A stretch of DNA of 64,000 nucleotides from assembly GCA_964247055.1 (NCBI GenBank), contig OZ176054.1:7998001-8062000 (forward strand), written 5' to 3'. The notes beneath the pieces were generated by a model. It had not been told where the DNA came from. It made no database searches and worked only from the letters and a program-made list of their open reading frames with translations. Shown here piece by piece: positions 63,636-64,000 of this stretch. The translations under genes and the position numbers were made by a program. How positions within the stretch are numbered: position 1 is the first letter of the stretch; each line of letters starts with the position of its first letter. The stretch is from Paragordius varius. Taxonomy: Eukaryota; Animalia; Nematomorpha.

Positions 63636-64000
63636 CACTTCGATTCAAAATTGGGGTATCTAAATTCCCCAGACAATATTTAAGCTGACATTTTTCAAAA
63701 CTATTGAAATAAACGGTTCCAATTTAAATGTATACTATCATTATAAAAATTATATAAATAAGCCAAAATATCTAAATTAAATTTAATTTTTGAAAAAAAG
63801 TTTCGTATCAACCTAATGGGCGCCTATTTTACAATATTTTTGCAAAATACCGTGTTTACCTGATTCTTAACCTAAAATATGGTTCGCCTTTTTATTTAAA
63901 TCATATTAAACATTGATAAAAAATGAAAACGTGGTATATTTTGCTTTATTTTTATATTTAGCTTTTGCACACATATGATTTTAGCTAAGTTTTTACCTTT
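63636..64000. mobile_element. Family A piggyBac-like MITE (runs off the window)
   Basis: TTAA|CACTTCGATTCAAAATTGGGGTATCTAAAT start, co-linear with 35582 onward. Confidence 0.8.

Overview
AT-rich (about 75% A+T) eukaryotic, animal-type genomic DNA. The ORF track shows only fragments because the genes are spliced. Manual GT-AG splicing recovers nine genes in order: the 3' end of a TBC1D8/9-like Rab-GAP (+); NEMP/TMEM194 (-); a neuroglian/L1-derived protein made only of FN3 domains, with no Ig domains and a GPI-like tail (+); an orphan secreted acidic protein (-); ORC5 (+, absent from the ORF track); an LDLa-Ig-Ig-Ig-TM receptor (-); ABHD14 (+); an orphan coiled-coil protein (-); and ATP synthase subunit f (+). 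The clearest genome-level signal is a class of ultra-short introns (21-33 nt), concentrated in the housekeeping genes, while the cell-surface and secreted genes have much longer introns. Intergenic DNA is dense in non-autonomous DNA transposons (TTAA-flanked piggyBac-like, hAT-like, long-TIR foldback, Tigger-like), several of them nested, plus a truncated RTE retrotransposon. The tiny introns and AT richness suggest a reduced invertebrate such as a mesozoan-grade parasite; this is inference only. All gene models were built by eye without RNA data or database searches.
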